The notes under the pieces are model-generated. The model was not told where the DNA came from. It saw only the letters and a list, made by a program, of their open reading frames with translations, and did not search any database. Both the position numbers and the translations under genes were made by a program. A stretch of DNA of 64,000 bases. Source: Octopus vulgaris (Eukaryota). Below, in pieces: positions 52,776-64,000 of the stretch (within the stretch, counting starts at the first letter, position 1; each line of letters starts with the position of its first letter). The DNA is taken from contig OX597818.1 in assembly GCA_951406725.2 (NCBI GenBank), forward strand, positions 96,286,001 through 96,350,000, given 5' to 3'.

Positions 52776-53144
52776 TATTCTTTGCAAACATGAGATTTCC
52801 AGTTGGAATTCACTACATGGCTATTACATGGGTAAATGTCTTCTATTATAACTACAACTCGAGCCAAATTTGGTAGACGAAGAATATGTGGAGGCGTATC
52901 GTTTGGATCGCACACGTATTTCAAAGAGGCGTAACTATGTCCGACGGAATCACTTCGGTTCTGCTTCATCAACAGCGATGACAAAAATGGTCTTGCGTTT
53001 TAGCAAGGAATACCAGAAATCCTCTATGAATTTCTCAGAATATATATATTTTAATTTTGTTTTACTTTTTACTTGTTTTGGTCACTGGACTGCAACCATG
53101 CTTGGGCACCACCTTAGAGGGTTTAATCGAACAAATCAATTATT

Positions 53145-54611
53145 ATTTCTGTTGTTTTGCCGTTAAAGTATCGGAAAAAACGCTTTGCTGTATTTCTTCT
53201 GACACTACGTTCCTTGTTCAAATTCCGCTGACGTCAAGTTTGTGGTTCATTTCTTCGAGATTGATAAAAAGAAAGTACCTTTCAAATACCGGAGTCGATG
53301 GAATCGAATTACACCCAACCCCTCAAAATTGTCGGCCTTGTGTACGAATTAGAAGCCATTATTTTCGCAAAGATATTGTTCGACAAATATGCCGAAATCC
53401 TATTGATGCACCTTCGATGTGATGCAATAACCTTTGGCTTAAACTCAAATGAACATCGTACAGGAAGGAAAATAACGAAAAAAATTTAGCTTCTAACATG
53501 AATATAGGATTTTGCTGTAGGTATCTTTGGCCGAAAGCTAATTTACGGGAACGTAAACAAACCAATACCTGTTGTCAAGCAGTGGGAGAGACACACACAC
53601 GCACATATACATCAGGCTTCTTTCAGTTTCCGTGTACCAAATTTACAAGGCTTTTGTCGGTCCGAAGCTATAGAAGAAAGACACTTGTCCAAGGTGCCAC
53701 GTAGTAGGACTGAAACCGAAACCGTATGGTGGGGAAACAAGCTTCTTACCACACAGCCGCGCCTTCAGCCCTAGTGGCCCAAAATCAAGACGACCTTCTT
53801 ATGACTTTCTTGAATTAAGTCAAAATCACACCAGACACGAATTCCATATGTATTCCTACAGGGTTTATTAAATGTGTTCCAGCAGGTTATTGGTGATTAT
53901 TATCAAATGTATATTTATGCCAGCAAAACCTGATTCTAGATCGAGACAATATAATCTGCTTTAAAATCCGCAAACATTCTAACATCTAACTCCCATCCCA
54001 ACAAAATCATTGATTGTCATTATTTCTATTCCTTTTTTCGTAAGGTGGTAACCTGTTAGAGTCGTTATCAACTGGTCAAAATGCTCGTCGGCATTTTGTC
54101 CGTCTTTAACTTCTGAGTTCAAATTTAGCCGAGGTCGACTTTGGATTTCATCCTTTCGGGGTCGATAAAATAAGTACCAGTTGAACACTGGTGGTCGATC
54201 TAATCGACATAGCCGTCATCTCTGAAATTGCTGACATTTCTGTTGTTTTGCCGTTAAAGCATCGGACAGAATGCATTGCGGTATTTCTTCTGACACTTTA
54301 CGTTCCTTGTTTGAATTCTGCTGGCATCAAGCTTGTTTTTTATTTCTTCGAGATTGATAAAAGAAAAATAGCATTCAAATACCGGAGTCGATGGAATCGA
54401 ATTGCATCCAACACCTCAAAATTGTCGGCCTTGTGTCCGAATTAGAAGCCATTATTTTCGCAATGATATTGTTCGACAAATATTTCGAAATCCTATTGAT
54501 GCACCTTCGATGTGATACAATAACCTTTGGATTAAACTCAAATGAACGTCGTACAGGAAGGAAAATACCGAAAATATTTAGTTTCCCACATGACTGTAGG
54601 ATTTTGCTGTA
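53145..54611 (+). repeat. Local direct duplication of about 375 bp (53145-53519 and 54236-54611)
   Basis: Collinear from ATTTCTGTTGTTTTGCCGTTAAAG to TAGGATTTTGCTGTA; includes an old family A SINE plus unique flank. Confidence 0.92.
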
Positions 54612-57589
54612 TCTCTGGAGGGTCATCATATTACTACTAAACACGCACTGGTTCTATTTCACTTCTTTTATTATTACTAGTTAATTCCTTAACATTTAAC
54701 AAAATGACTAATCGATTGCTTGATTAATAGTTCATTCAATGAATCAAAAACTTTTCGTCGACATTTGCAACTTCATGAATAACATGCTCTCTCTCTAAAC
54801 CAGATCTGTCTCAACATACGAGTTCACGTCAAGAATCTTGCAAACCAAATACAAAAGAAAAATATAACAATAAGTGTTTCTACTATATATATATATACAT
54901 AATGCAAACGTGGAAGAAAAAGATTCCCTTCTAACTTAAAAGACTTCCTATTATCTTTCTATTGTATATTGTATTTTTTACATTTATTCTCATAGACTAT
55001 GTTATACTATCGGATGAAGAAAAACTTTGAAGAATTTTTTTGTCTATCTTAGAAATAAAAAATTTAAACTTGCTATGTAAAATGTTGAAGAATAACAAAA
55101 CATTTTTGTCTGGATTTCTTCTCTTCAGCTGCTAGCATACTCTACAAAAATGTAAATTTATTATTCTCAAGCAGCTACCGTCCTTTTTCTAAATAAAAAT
55201 AATTATAAAAATGTCCCTCACCACACACCTTTTAACGTTTATGCGACATAAAATATTGTCTTAAGTTGAGTGGAAGATATTTATATTTTGCTCTCAACTA
55301 GGAGGTGAATGTCTGAACTAAGTATTAAAAAAAATTATTGTGATTTTTTTTGTTTTAGCATCGTTGTATTCGATGTATGTATGTATGTATGTATGTATGT
55401 ATGTATGTATGTATGTATGTATGTATGTATGTATGTATGTATGTATGTATGTATGTATGTATGTATGCATGTATGTGTGCATGTATGTATGTATGTATGT
55501 ATGTATATATGTATGTATGTGTATACATATATATATATAGGATAAAATTTTTTCCCAAAAAATTTCATCAAAGTGGCCAGCATATTAAAATACCTTTAAC
55601 GGTGAAAATTATAAACAACTATAAACGAGGGCAAAAGAAGAAAAATTTCTATGACAATATGCTGAGAATAGACTTTAAATCGTCAATCACCACATTACAA
55701 TATACATTCACCATGAATAAACGTCCTGCTGAAATCGAAGAAGGCAAGCTAACAGAGGCATAGGCATCTTTTTTTATTTTGCCCTTGTTTATAATTGTAC
55801 ACACACACACACACACACATATGTAAACTGAACATGATGAAAGCATAATTTTATCGACGAGTCAGAAATGGTAGAGTGGAATAAAAGACTAGGTTAACTA
55901 CACAGGGACATTATCTGCATTAAAACTAATTGGTGAGGTCAATACAAACTTACTTCAAACGTAAAATAAACATTAGACATATTTTACCTTCCGAAGAAAC
56001 AGTAAGTATTGATTATAGATAAAAGAAACTCTTCTGAATGTGACTAGAGCGATCGCAATACCACAATATTGGAAGCCCTTCCGTATCTTCAGCAGGGTAT
56101 CTCAGGGTCACACATGTTTCGCCCCCTAGTCTGTACGCTTCGCTTTGAGTAGGGCTGCGAGGACTGAATTATCCGTCACCTGTAGAAAGAAGCAATCTGC
56201 GGTATCTTGACAATCACAACCAGCTTGGTCTCAGCTGACATGGTCATCTACTTAGGAGTTTTCTTCAGTTGTCTGGGTTCATAAAACAGCCCATTGGTCT
56301 TGTTACAAAAGCGTGACAGACGTCATCAATAGGAAACAAAGGCGCGTGCCACCCTTTGACAAGTACCTCACCAACCAAGCTTTGGCGTTAATTGTGAGCT
56401 CAGAAGGCTTTGCTTGTGGTGAAGAGAACGAATCATTAGCTTAAAAAATCAGTTCGACGTTGGTTCTATTATCTTCCTTGACCAGAAATAATCAGATATA
56501 TAACATAATTGCTTGTTTGTAGAAGACTAATTTTGGCTTGGGTCAGTTTAATAAAATAAACTGGTTCATTTATTTAACGATTGTGCGGCGGTGAAAAGTG
56601 AAGCTAAATATGACGAGATTTGAAATCAAAAGTAAAGGAGATGTAATGAAGCTTATCTCTCTTCTACTCACTCTGAACCAACTTCCCCACTCTTTGTCGT
56701 TTATATTAATCTGATTTAAAGTGTAGGCTCTCCTCCTTTACTGTTTTTGATAAGAATTGTTATTAACACTAGCGTATTTGCGAGTTTCTTTTTATATTGA
56801 TTTAAAATATTCCCAATTGTTGATTGTATGAAATAGTCTAAACGGCATTTAGCTCTATATCAATATCCAATATATGTATAGATTTTGTTTCGAATTATGC
56901 GACAGCTCTGATTTCAAAATTATCATTTCTAGAACTTAAAATAAACGCTTTTTTCAGTGATGAGGGCGAAATAACAGAATCCTAAGAGATACAGGTAAAA
57001 TCCTTTTTGGTATTTCGTTATGTCTCTTCTTTAAGAAATGTGTTTGAATCCTGCCGAGATCGATTTTGCATTTTATCCTTCAGGGAATTGATAATATTAA
57101 GTGCCAATCAAGTACTAGTGGTTGACTAATCGGCTATATCACTCTCTGCCAATTTTAGGAATCAATATACTATGCTACGTTTCGATCGGTTTGATCCGAT
57201 TGTTAACAAGGGTTTCATTCTTAGATGTTAACTTAGTTGTAAACAGGCTTCGAATTAGATACCTTGATTTCTAAACTAAAGCCAATAATGGTGTTGCCGT
57301 CAATTTAATAGCGTCATTTCCTTATTTTAAAAGTAAAATTACCTAAATATTGGAAACCACTTTAGAATTAAGTGGACATTCAGGAATAATGGCACCAAAT
57401 GATGCTCAGGTAAAACCTATCGAAAAAATCCTTCATCGTTGGAGGTGAGAGATAACCCAATACGAACTCATCTCGGATATTTTTACTTTGATTACTCTGA
57501 AAAGAATAGTGACGTAAATGAAGTGAAATGGTTGTAATCGCAAATCGAAATAGGATCGCAAATTCGGTTTATTAGAAAATAATAATTAT

Positions 57590-59790
57590 AACCTCCTCGC
57601 CTCCCATGGAAAAAATTGAAAGCTTTTTGAAAAAGATTTGGAGTGATGAGAAGATATATGATGAAAAGGCAGGCCGGATTAGACGCACAGAAAGATCCTG
57701 CCAAAATTTACAAGAACAAGCATGGGGAGACATCGCAGTAGTAGACCTTAGGATGACTTTCACGAAAGCTCATAACTTCCGGTAAAGATGGAATGCCAAA
57801 TGTCTGGCCCTCATCCCGTGCGCACATGAAAAGTTAGTTCAGTTGTTCAATGAAATGATGAGATATCCAACGAAAACACCTGATTGGTTAGCAAGTGATC
57901 TTGCTTATCTATCCCTAAAGAATAATGAAGCCAAAATTTAAAAAACACTATTGGCTCATAGCCTGTTTATCCAGTGCTTACAAAAATTAAAACACCTATA
58001 CTCGTGGAGAAATCATATGCATTTATGGAAGAGAACGATATTTTCCTCACAGAACAAACAGATGCCGATGTGGCTCATATGGATGCAAAGTTAACTAATT
58101 AATGGCATAATCCTTGAAAACTGTTATAACAATCGCAGAGATCTCACTTCCGCATGGTTTGGTTACAAAATGGCCCTATGTCTATGTCAGCCTACAGCAT
58201 TCATGGCTCTTGAAATCGCTGGACATCTCCAAAATTTCTCTTGTAATTTGAAACTTCCTGAATCATAATATGTTATTGTGGAACGTGTATCTTCATTTAT
58301 ATAATTCTAATGGAGAACTAGCTTCAAACTATTAACATCAACTGTAGCGTTTTCCAACGTGATTCTCTTTCACCTCTAACTTTTTGCATAGCACCAATAC
58401 TCCTTATGAGTGAACTTAACAGGGTATGGGTATAAAATTGACAACATGAAAATAAGTCATCTATTTTATATAGAAGGCTTAAAACTCTATGGCAAAGGCA
58501 ATGATGAACTTGAAGACCTCTTACGTACTGTAAAAGTATTCAATGATGATATCGGGATGGAGTTTGGTCTCGATAAATGTGCCAAAGCCATTTTCCAGAA
58601 AGGGCAAACTGAATACTTCAAATTCAGTCGCGTTAGATGTTGGTATAGTTATAAAAGATCTTGAGCAGAAACAAACTTATTAACACCTCGCAGGAATAAA
58701 TAAAGGCTCTGGCATTCAGCATGCAAGTATGAAAGAGAAGATCAAGAAAGAATGTGATAGGAAAGTTCAAGCTGTCCTGAAATCTGAGTTAAATTCCTTA
58801 GCAGTTATAGTTGTTATAGCTTCAACATGTTGAACTGGAACATCAGTGAAATAAAGAAATTGACAGAAAAATACCTAATCTGCTGACTTGTAAAAGGATG
58901 CACCATCCAAAGACAGACGAGAATCACCAGGAGATCCAGGTTTGATCCAATTTCAAATCCATTACAAAAGCATCACAAGTGAACTGGTAAAATATATTGA
59001 AACTACTACCTACTGGACGCTAAAACCTGCCGAAAATCAGGAGAGGCGTAAGAACATTCGTTCTGCCTTGAAAGAGAGAAAAAACTTGCTATTGATTTCA
59101 TGCATGACACCCTGACTGAACAGCCTGAGGGAAATGCTGTAACTGTTGTTGCAAGAAAGGTAAAATTAATGACAAGGAAAAAAGGGCATAAACAATTGAT
59201 TGTGTGTGTGTGGGGGGGGGGGAGAACACTCAGCATGGCAAATATGTAGGCCGTAGCAAAAAAACAAACAAACTAATATTGACCAGAAGCATACCCGTCA
59301 GCGGCTACGGAGCTCAGGGCTAAAGACAGGAAACGAAGGCTTCATATTAGCTACTCAAGATCAAAGCTTATCGACCCGGAACTACCAAGCCAATGTGATG
59401 AGAAATAAAATACATCCAAAGCGCCGATTCTGCAATAATGAGATTGAAACAGTGGACTACTTAATCCCAGGATGAAACGTTTTCGCACCATTAGAGCATA
59501 AATCAAGACATGACAGAGTTGGCCAATGTCTACACTGGTTAATATATCGGCATTATAAAATCAAAAGAGTTCACAAGTTGTATAAACACCACCCTGAGAC
59601 TGTAACTGAGGAGAAAATGTAACAATTTTTTAATACACGCCTTTATTTGATTTTGCAAATGAATAATCTGGCGCGCTCGTTTTAATGGCTTACCAATGTA
59701 TACTGTCAGTTCCTTTGCTCTAGATGCCTGGAAGACACCCGGCAAGAAATGAAAACAAAATTGAAAGAAGTAAGAATAATAATATAAAGA
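57590..59790 (+). mobile_element. R4/Dong-like (RLE-class) non-LTR retrotransposon, decayed, nuclease region deleted
   Basis: PPMEKIESFLKKIW, TPDWL, FQRDSLSPLTFCIA, ISHLFYIEGLKLY (cf. YMDDLKLY), DIGMEFGLDKC, EGFILATQDQ, RFCNNEIETVDYL, RHDRVG, HHPETVTE, then 3' UTR ending in AAT-rich repeats. Confidence 0.88.
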
Positions 59791-62041
59791 AGTAAGAATA
59801 ATGATATAAGAATAATAAAATATATAGTATTCTTTATGTCTGAAATTTTTGTGCCTGTTATAAATCAGTTTTCTTTTCATACTTAATGAAAGACCCATTA
59901 CTTTATTAGAGAAGGGATATATGATTATGTAACCATCATAACATTATTTGGAGATATTGTAAGAAATCAATATTAAGATGATTTAAATAAAACTTAAAGA
60001 AGACTTTCGTCAGTAAACTCCTCTGAAGGCCGCAATTACAGAATGATTGATGCAAGACTTAATTCTGAATACAAGTCTGACAGGTTGACGCCAGTGCTGA
60101 ATGCCAGTTTTTGAATTATATCCAGTATCAATTCACCTTTCTCCCTGACTTGAATTTTCTCAGAATAATAAAAAGAAAATTATTTGCCTTTAAGCAGAGA
60201 TCGTCCCGTCTACATATTCGGTTGTCAGATATATTTGTTCGTTTTTCTACTTGGCTCTCTGTCATCATATGTCTGAAAAGAAGTAAAATTTATGTAAATT
60301 TCAAAAACGATAAACAAAAGTTGTAGAGGGAGAACAGAGCTACAAAAACCCCTATAAAGCATCATGATAAAAATATTTTTCAAGTAACATTGAAAAGGAT
60401 TGAGATAAATAGAAAAAAAACCGAACGAACTTACCTGACAACCCAATATATTAAGATCAATGACTAAATAGCTAAACATGTTTCTGCGTGTCACTCCTTA
60501 ATGAGTTGTAAAACAATCTAGTTCTGTTTTAAGCAATTTAGGTTTATCTAGCAGGTAAGAAACTCGGTAAATTTGGAATAACGTGAGTTAAGGAAAATGA
60601 GTATTTAACATAAAAGCAGAAAAATAAGGGGTAGGATGAGTGTTTGCTGATCAAAAAACTAGAGAAGAGAAATAAGGGGATGTGCGGAGTTTGCTAACAT
60701 AGAAAATGGAGAGTCTGTGAGGTGTTTGCTAATCAAGAGGGCTGTGAAGAAAAATAAGGTGTCGGAAAGTGTCTGCATTTCAAAAACGGCATCAGTAACG
60801 TGATTAGATTGTGAAGATCAAAATACAGAAATCTGAAGGGTAAATGAAGTCAGTCAATCAAAACTCGAAATAGCTTCAAGTAGGCTTGTCTTGTTTCAAC
60901 CTACGTATAAAAACTGCAATACTCATGTGACTGACACAAATCTTAGTTAATAGAATCCATGTAAGTACATGAAGAACTTGTTTTATGGGACAGCAAAAAG
61001 ACGGAAGAGAAAGTCGATCCAGGCATGGATAACTTTAATTAAAGCAATTTATTCATAGAAAAATATATGACAACGTATTCTGAAATTGGTACAAAGCTTC
61101 AAATATGTAAGGGATGGGTGCGTTTGAATGAATTATACTTCACTAAATCAGTGGTGCCTATTTTATCAATTCGAAATGCAAGACTTCGGTAGTATTTGAA
61201 CTCAAAAGGTCGTCCCTGAACACTGCAAGAAATTTCGTGCTGCACACTATCGATTCCGCTGCCCACCACTCTCTTACATCAATAATATTGATTTCTAAGT
61301 TAGTCACAAGAATACAAATTTGAGAGAGAGAGAATAATCGATCATATTGATCCTCACAACTAAATTAATTTTATCGACTCTGAAGGCATAAAATGTAAAA
61401 GCCACTCCATTAAAATATTTGAACATTGCTATTTAATACTGAATGCTCAACAATGTATTGGGTTATCTTCTACACGGAAAGAAGTGAGAATGAGTTTACC
61501 TCCATATATCTGGTGACGAAGGCGTTGTATGGGCTGAGCGCTGGTCACCTGATTCGAAAGACTTGATCCCGTGGGTAGGTGTGATCGAAGAAATTAATGT
61601 AGGTGTTGTCTTGTTGATAATGGAGAAGAGTTAGTGGATGTTAGAATTTGTGAAGATCAAATTACAGAAATCAGAAGGGCAAACGAAGTCAGTCAATAAA
61701 TAAGTCAGCAGGTGGGAGAGTAGGTATTGAGATGTAGAGAAAGAGACAACGTAGAAGCCGAAAGCATACCTGTTATATATTAGGGTTTCTGGTTCGGGTC
61801 TTTGGAGCACCCTTTTAGAGTAACTGATGCGTCCAAAAATGGTTTGAAGTATAGCTTTAAGGGTCTAAAAGAAAATACAGAAGATCTAGCACAGAGTTTC
61901 TTTTAAGCTAGAGATATTGGCTCTAATCATATAAGTCAGGGTCTATGTTTATATAGTTCTATATTTAAGAGATGAGGAATTATTTACATTATTTACATTA
62001 TTTACATTCGACGGATATTTGTCTTCATCTTGTTTGTTGTT

Positions 62042-62087
62042 AACACAACGTTTCGGCTGATATCCCCTCCAGCTTTTTTCAGATGTC
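62042..62087 (-). ncRNA. Minimal hammerhead, core mutated (CTGAAAA)
   Basis: GACAT CTGAAAA A AGCTG..CAGCC GAAAC GTT GTGTT on the minus strand. Confidence 0.55.
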
Positions 62088-62134
62088 TTGGGGAAATTTC
62101 GAACCTGGGTTCTCATTCCTAAGGTATTTTTCGA

Positions 62135-62189
<55 letters not shown>

Positions 62190-62330
62190 GTTATTGTTAT
62201 TGTTATTGTTCAGGTCACTGCTTGGAATCGAACTCGGAATCTTGGAGTTAGTAGCCCGCGCTCTAAACCACTACGCCATATGCCCGAAAAATACCTTAGG
62301 AATGAGAACCCAGGTTCGAAATTTCCCCAA

Positions 62331-62376
62331 GACACCTGAAGAAGGCTGGAGGGTATATCATCTGAAACGTTGTGTT
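62331..62376 (+). ncRNA. Minimal hammerhead, stem II mutated
   Basis: GACAC CTGAAGA A GGCTG..CATCT GAAAC GTT GTGTT. Confidence 0.6.
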
Positions 62377-62780
62377 AACAACAAACAAGATGAGGACAAA
62401 TATCTGTCGAATGTAAATAATGTCTATGTTTATATGCTTGATTAGTTAGTAAATCTCTGTTTCTAGAGATGAAGGTAGATTTACACTTAGTATGAAGTAA
62501 AATACATTGCAGTTGCTATTAACCGTAATATCGGTAACCTACAGATAAACGAAGTCAACAAAAGAAACACAAAAAAAAAAAAGAAATCAACTGAATGCAT
62601 GACAGTTAATACAATAAATAAACACACGTTATAGTCACTATGCATTACAAGACACGAACCAATTCCTCATTGCACATATATCACCCCACATAGAAGCTAC
62701 TTCTGCACGGAACTCAATCAAGAGCAACAAACTCTATACATTTACACTCGTACTATGAATGTAAATTAAAGGATTTCGTC

Positions 62781-63040
62781 GTATGTATGTATGTATGTAT
62801 GTATGTATGTATGTATGTATGTATGTATGTGTGCATGCATGCATGTATGTGTTTGTATGTGTATGTATGTATGTGTATATATGTATATACACATATATGT
62901 ATGCGTGTATGAATGTATGTATGTATATACATATATATATATATGTATGTAAGTATGTATGTATGTATGTATGTATGTATGTATGTATGTATGTATGTAT
63001 GTATGTATGTATGTATGTATGTATGCGTGTATGTATATAC
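62781..63040. repeat. (TATG)n compound microsatellite
   Basis: Directly visible; similar tracts at 10474-10550, 38487-38535, 38702-38820 and 55373-55540. Confidence 0.97.
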
Positions 63041-63343
63041 GGTGCGAGTAAGAAGTGAACAATATGCAACCAATATTTAGAACTCCATTAATATCTATAT
63101 ACATCGAAAGTGAAACCTGTCAATAAAATCTGTATATTTTTATGAAGCACTTCATATTCTGGTCTCCATAATTACAAAGATCATAGAATGTACGTAGAAA
63201 AAGGTCGGAATGTAGGCTTTAAAAGTATTTCCTTATGTCATTCTTACACAAATTTCAGCGAACATTTTAATCTTCGTTGATATAGTGTAAGAGTGATATA
63301 CGGAAATTGTTAGTGAATGGCCTATAAAGATATATGATATATG

Positions 63344-63379
<36 letters not shown>

Positions 63380-63453
63380 TAAATAAAATGAGACAACAAA
63401 ACCAACTCTAATATTGAACTCTAATATTTCCCTCTATTTAACTATCTCACATC

Positions 63454-63501
63454 GTCTCTGATTAAGGTATATACCTAACATCCCAGAAACAGCTGTATGA
63501 C
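63454..63501 (+). ncRNA. Degenerate Penelope-type hammerhead relic
   Basis: GTCT CTGATTA ... GAAAC AGCT GTA TGAC; palindromic ACAGCTGT stem III; G8 mutated. Confidence 0.5.
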
Positions 63502-63788
63502 TAACTTTCTCTTTGACTAATTTTTTCTTTTATTCAGTCTAGTGCCATTAACAGCGTGCCTTAAGATACTTTATCGTGGTTTGTGGCTAACTACCCTTTC
63601 TAGCATCTAAGAAGTCCTGTCAATGATCTTTTCTCAGTGTACATATGTATATATGTATGTATGTATGTATGGGGTCTCGGAGAGCTTATGAGCAGCATGA
63701 ACATTTGATCACTATAAACAAATCATTTGTGTAGGTCCTTCAGTAAAATGTTGAACTCCCATACGTTGTCTTCGACAGGAGAGTCTGC

Positions 63789-63840
<52 letters not shown>

Positions 63841-64000
63841 CGTAAGTATATATATTCTTTCTTAAGCTTTTATGAAGGGGTTCTTAACCCGAAATGTCAG
63901 GACTAATAAAATAGATTTTAAATTTGTTTTCACTGTCTTTGTTACTATTATTTATTACATCTAGTATATAATAACCGTTGCTATTACCTTCTTTACCTTT

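Larger units (their letters stand above)
61955..62421 (-). mobile_element. SINE family D, second copy, with a long inverted tail
   Basis: Tail 61955-62135, (TTA)n, tRNA-like head 62211-62285, inverted tail 62286-62421; 14-bp TSD GTCTATGTTTATAT at 61941-61954 and 62422-62435. Confidence 0.92.

Noticed and set aside
56080-56125. Type II hammerhead on the minus strand (GAAAC ... CTGAAGA)
   Set aside because: No NUH triplet and stems I and II do not pair
56177-56198. miR-10-like CCTGTAGA
   Set aside because: Match limited to 8 nt and no hairpin

Overview
AT-rich, repeat-saturated eukaryotic DNA. The SINE families, compound microsatellites and transposon mix match my recollection of an octopod cephalopod genome; this is inference, not a database result. 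I find no convincing intact host gene: the supplied ORFs are microsatellite read-throughs, SINE frames or decayed transposon ORFs. The window holds at least four tRNA-headed SINE families, three mariner copies, a Tc1 relic, hAT MITEs, non-autonomous Helitrons, a 2.16-kb non-coding LTR element, and R4/Dong-, RTE-, CR1/Jockey-group and Penelope-like relics. The most interesting signal is a set of short non-coding elements carrying minimal Penelope-type hammerhead ribozymes plus an inverted copy of their own tail. These include (i) a tRNA-headed SINE with a hammerhead tail, in two copies each bounded by a target-site duplication (14016-14837, 61955-62421), suggesting a Penelope-mobilised SINE, and (ii) a hammerhead with a compensatory G3:C8 core swap hidden in a 119-bp palindrome (41096-41354). 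All alignments and folds were done by eye, and boundaries of degenerate copies are approximate.
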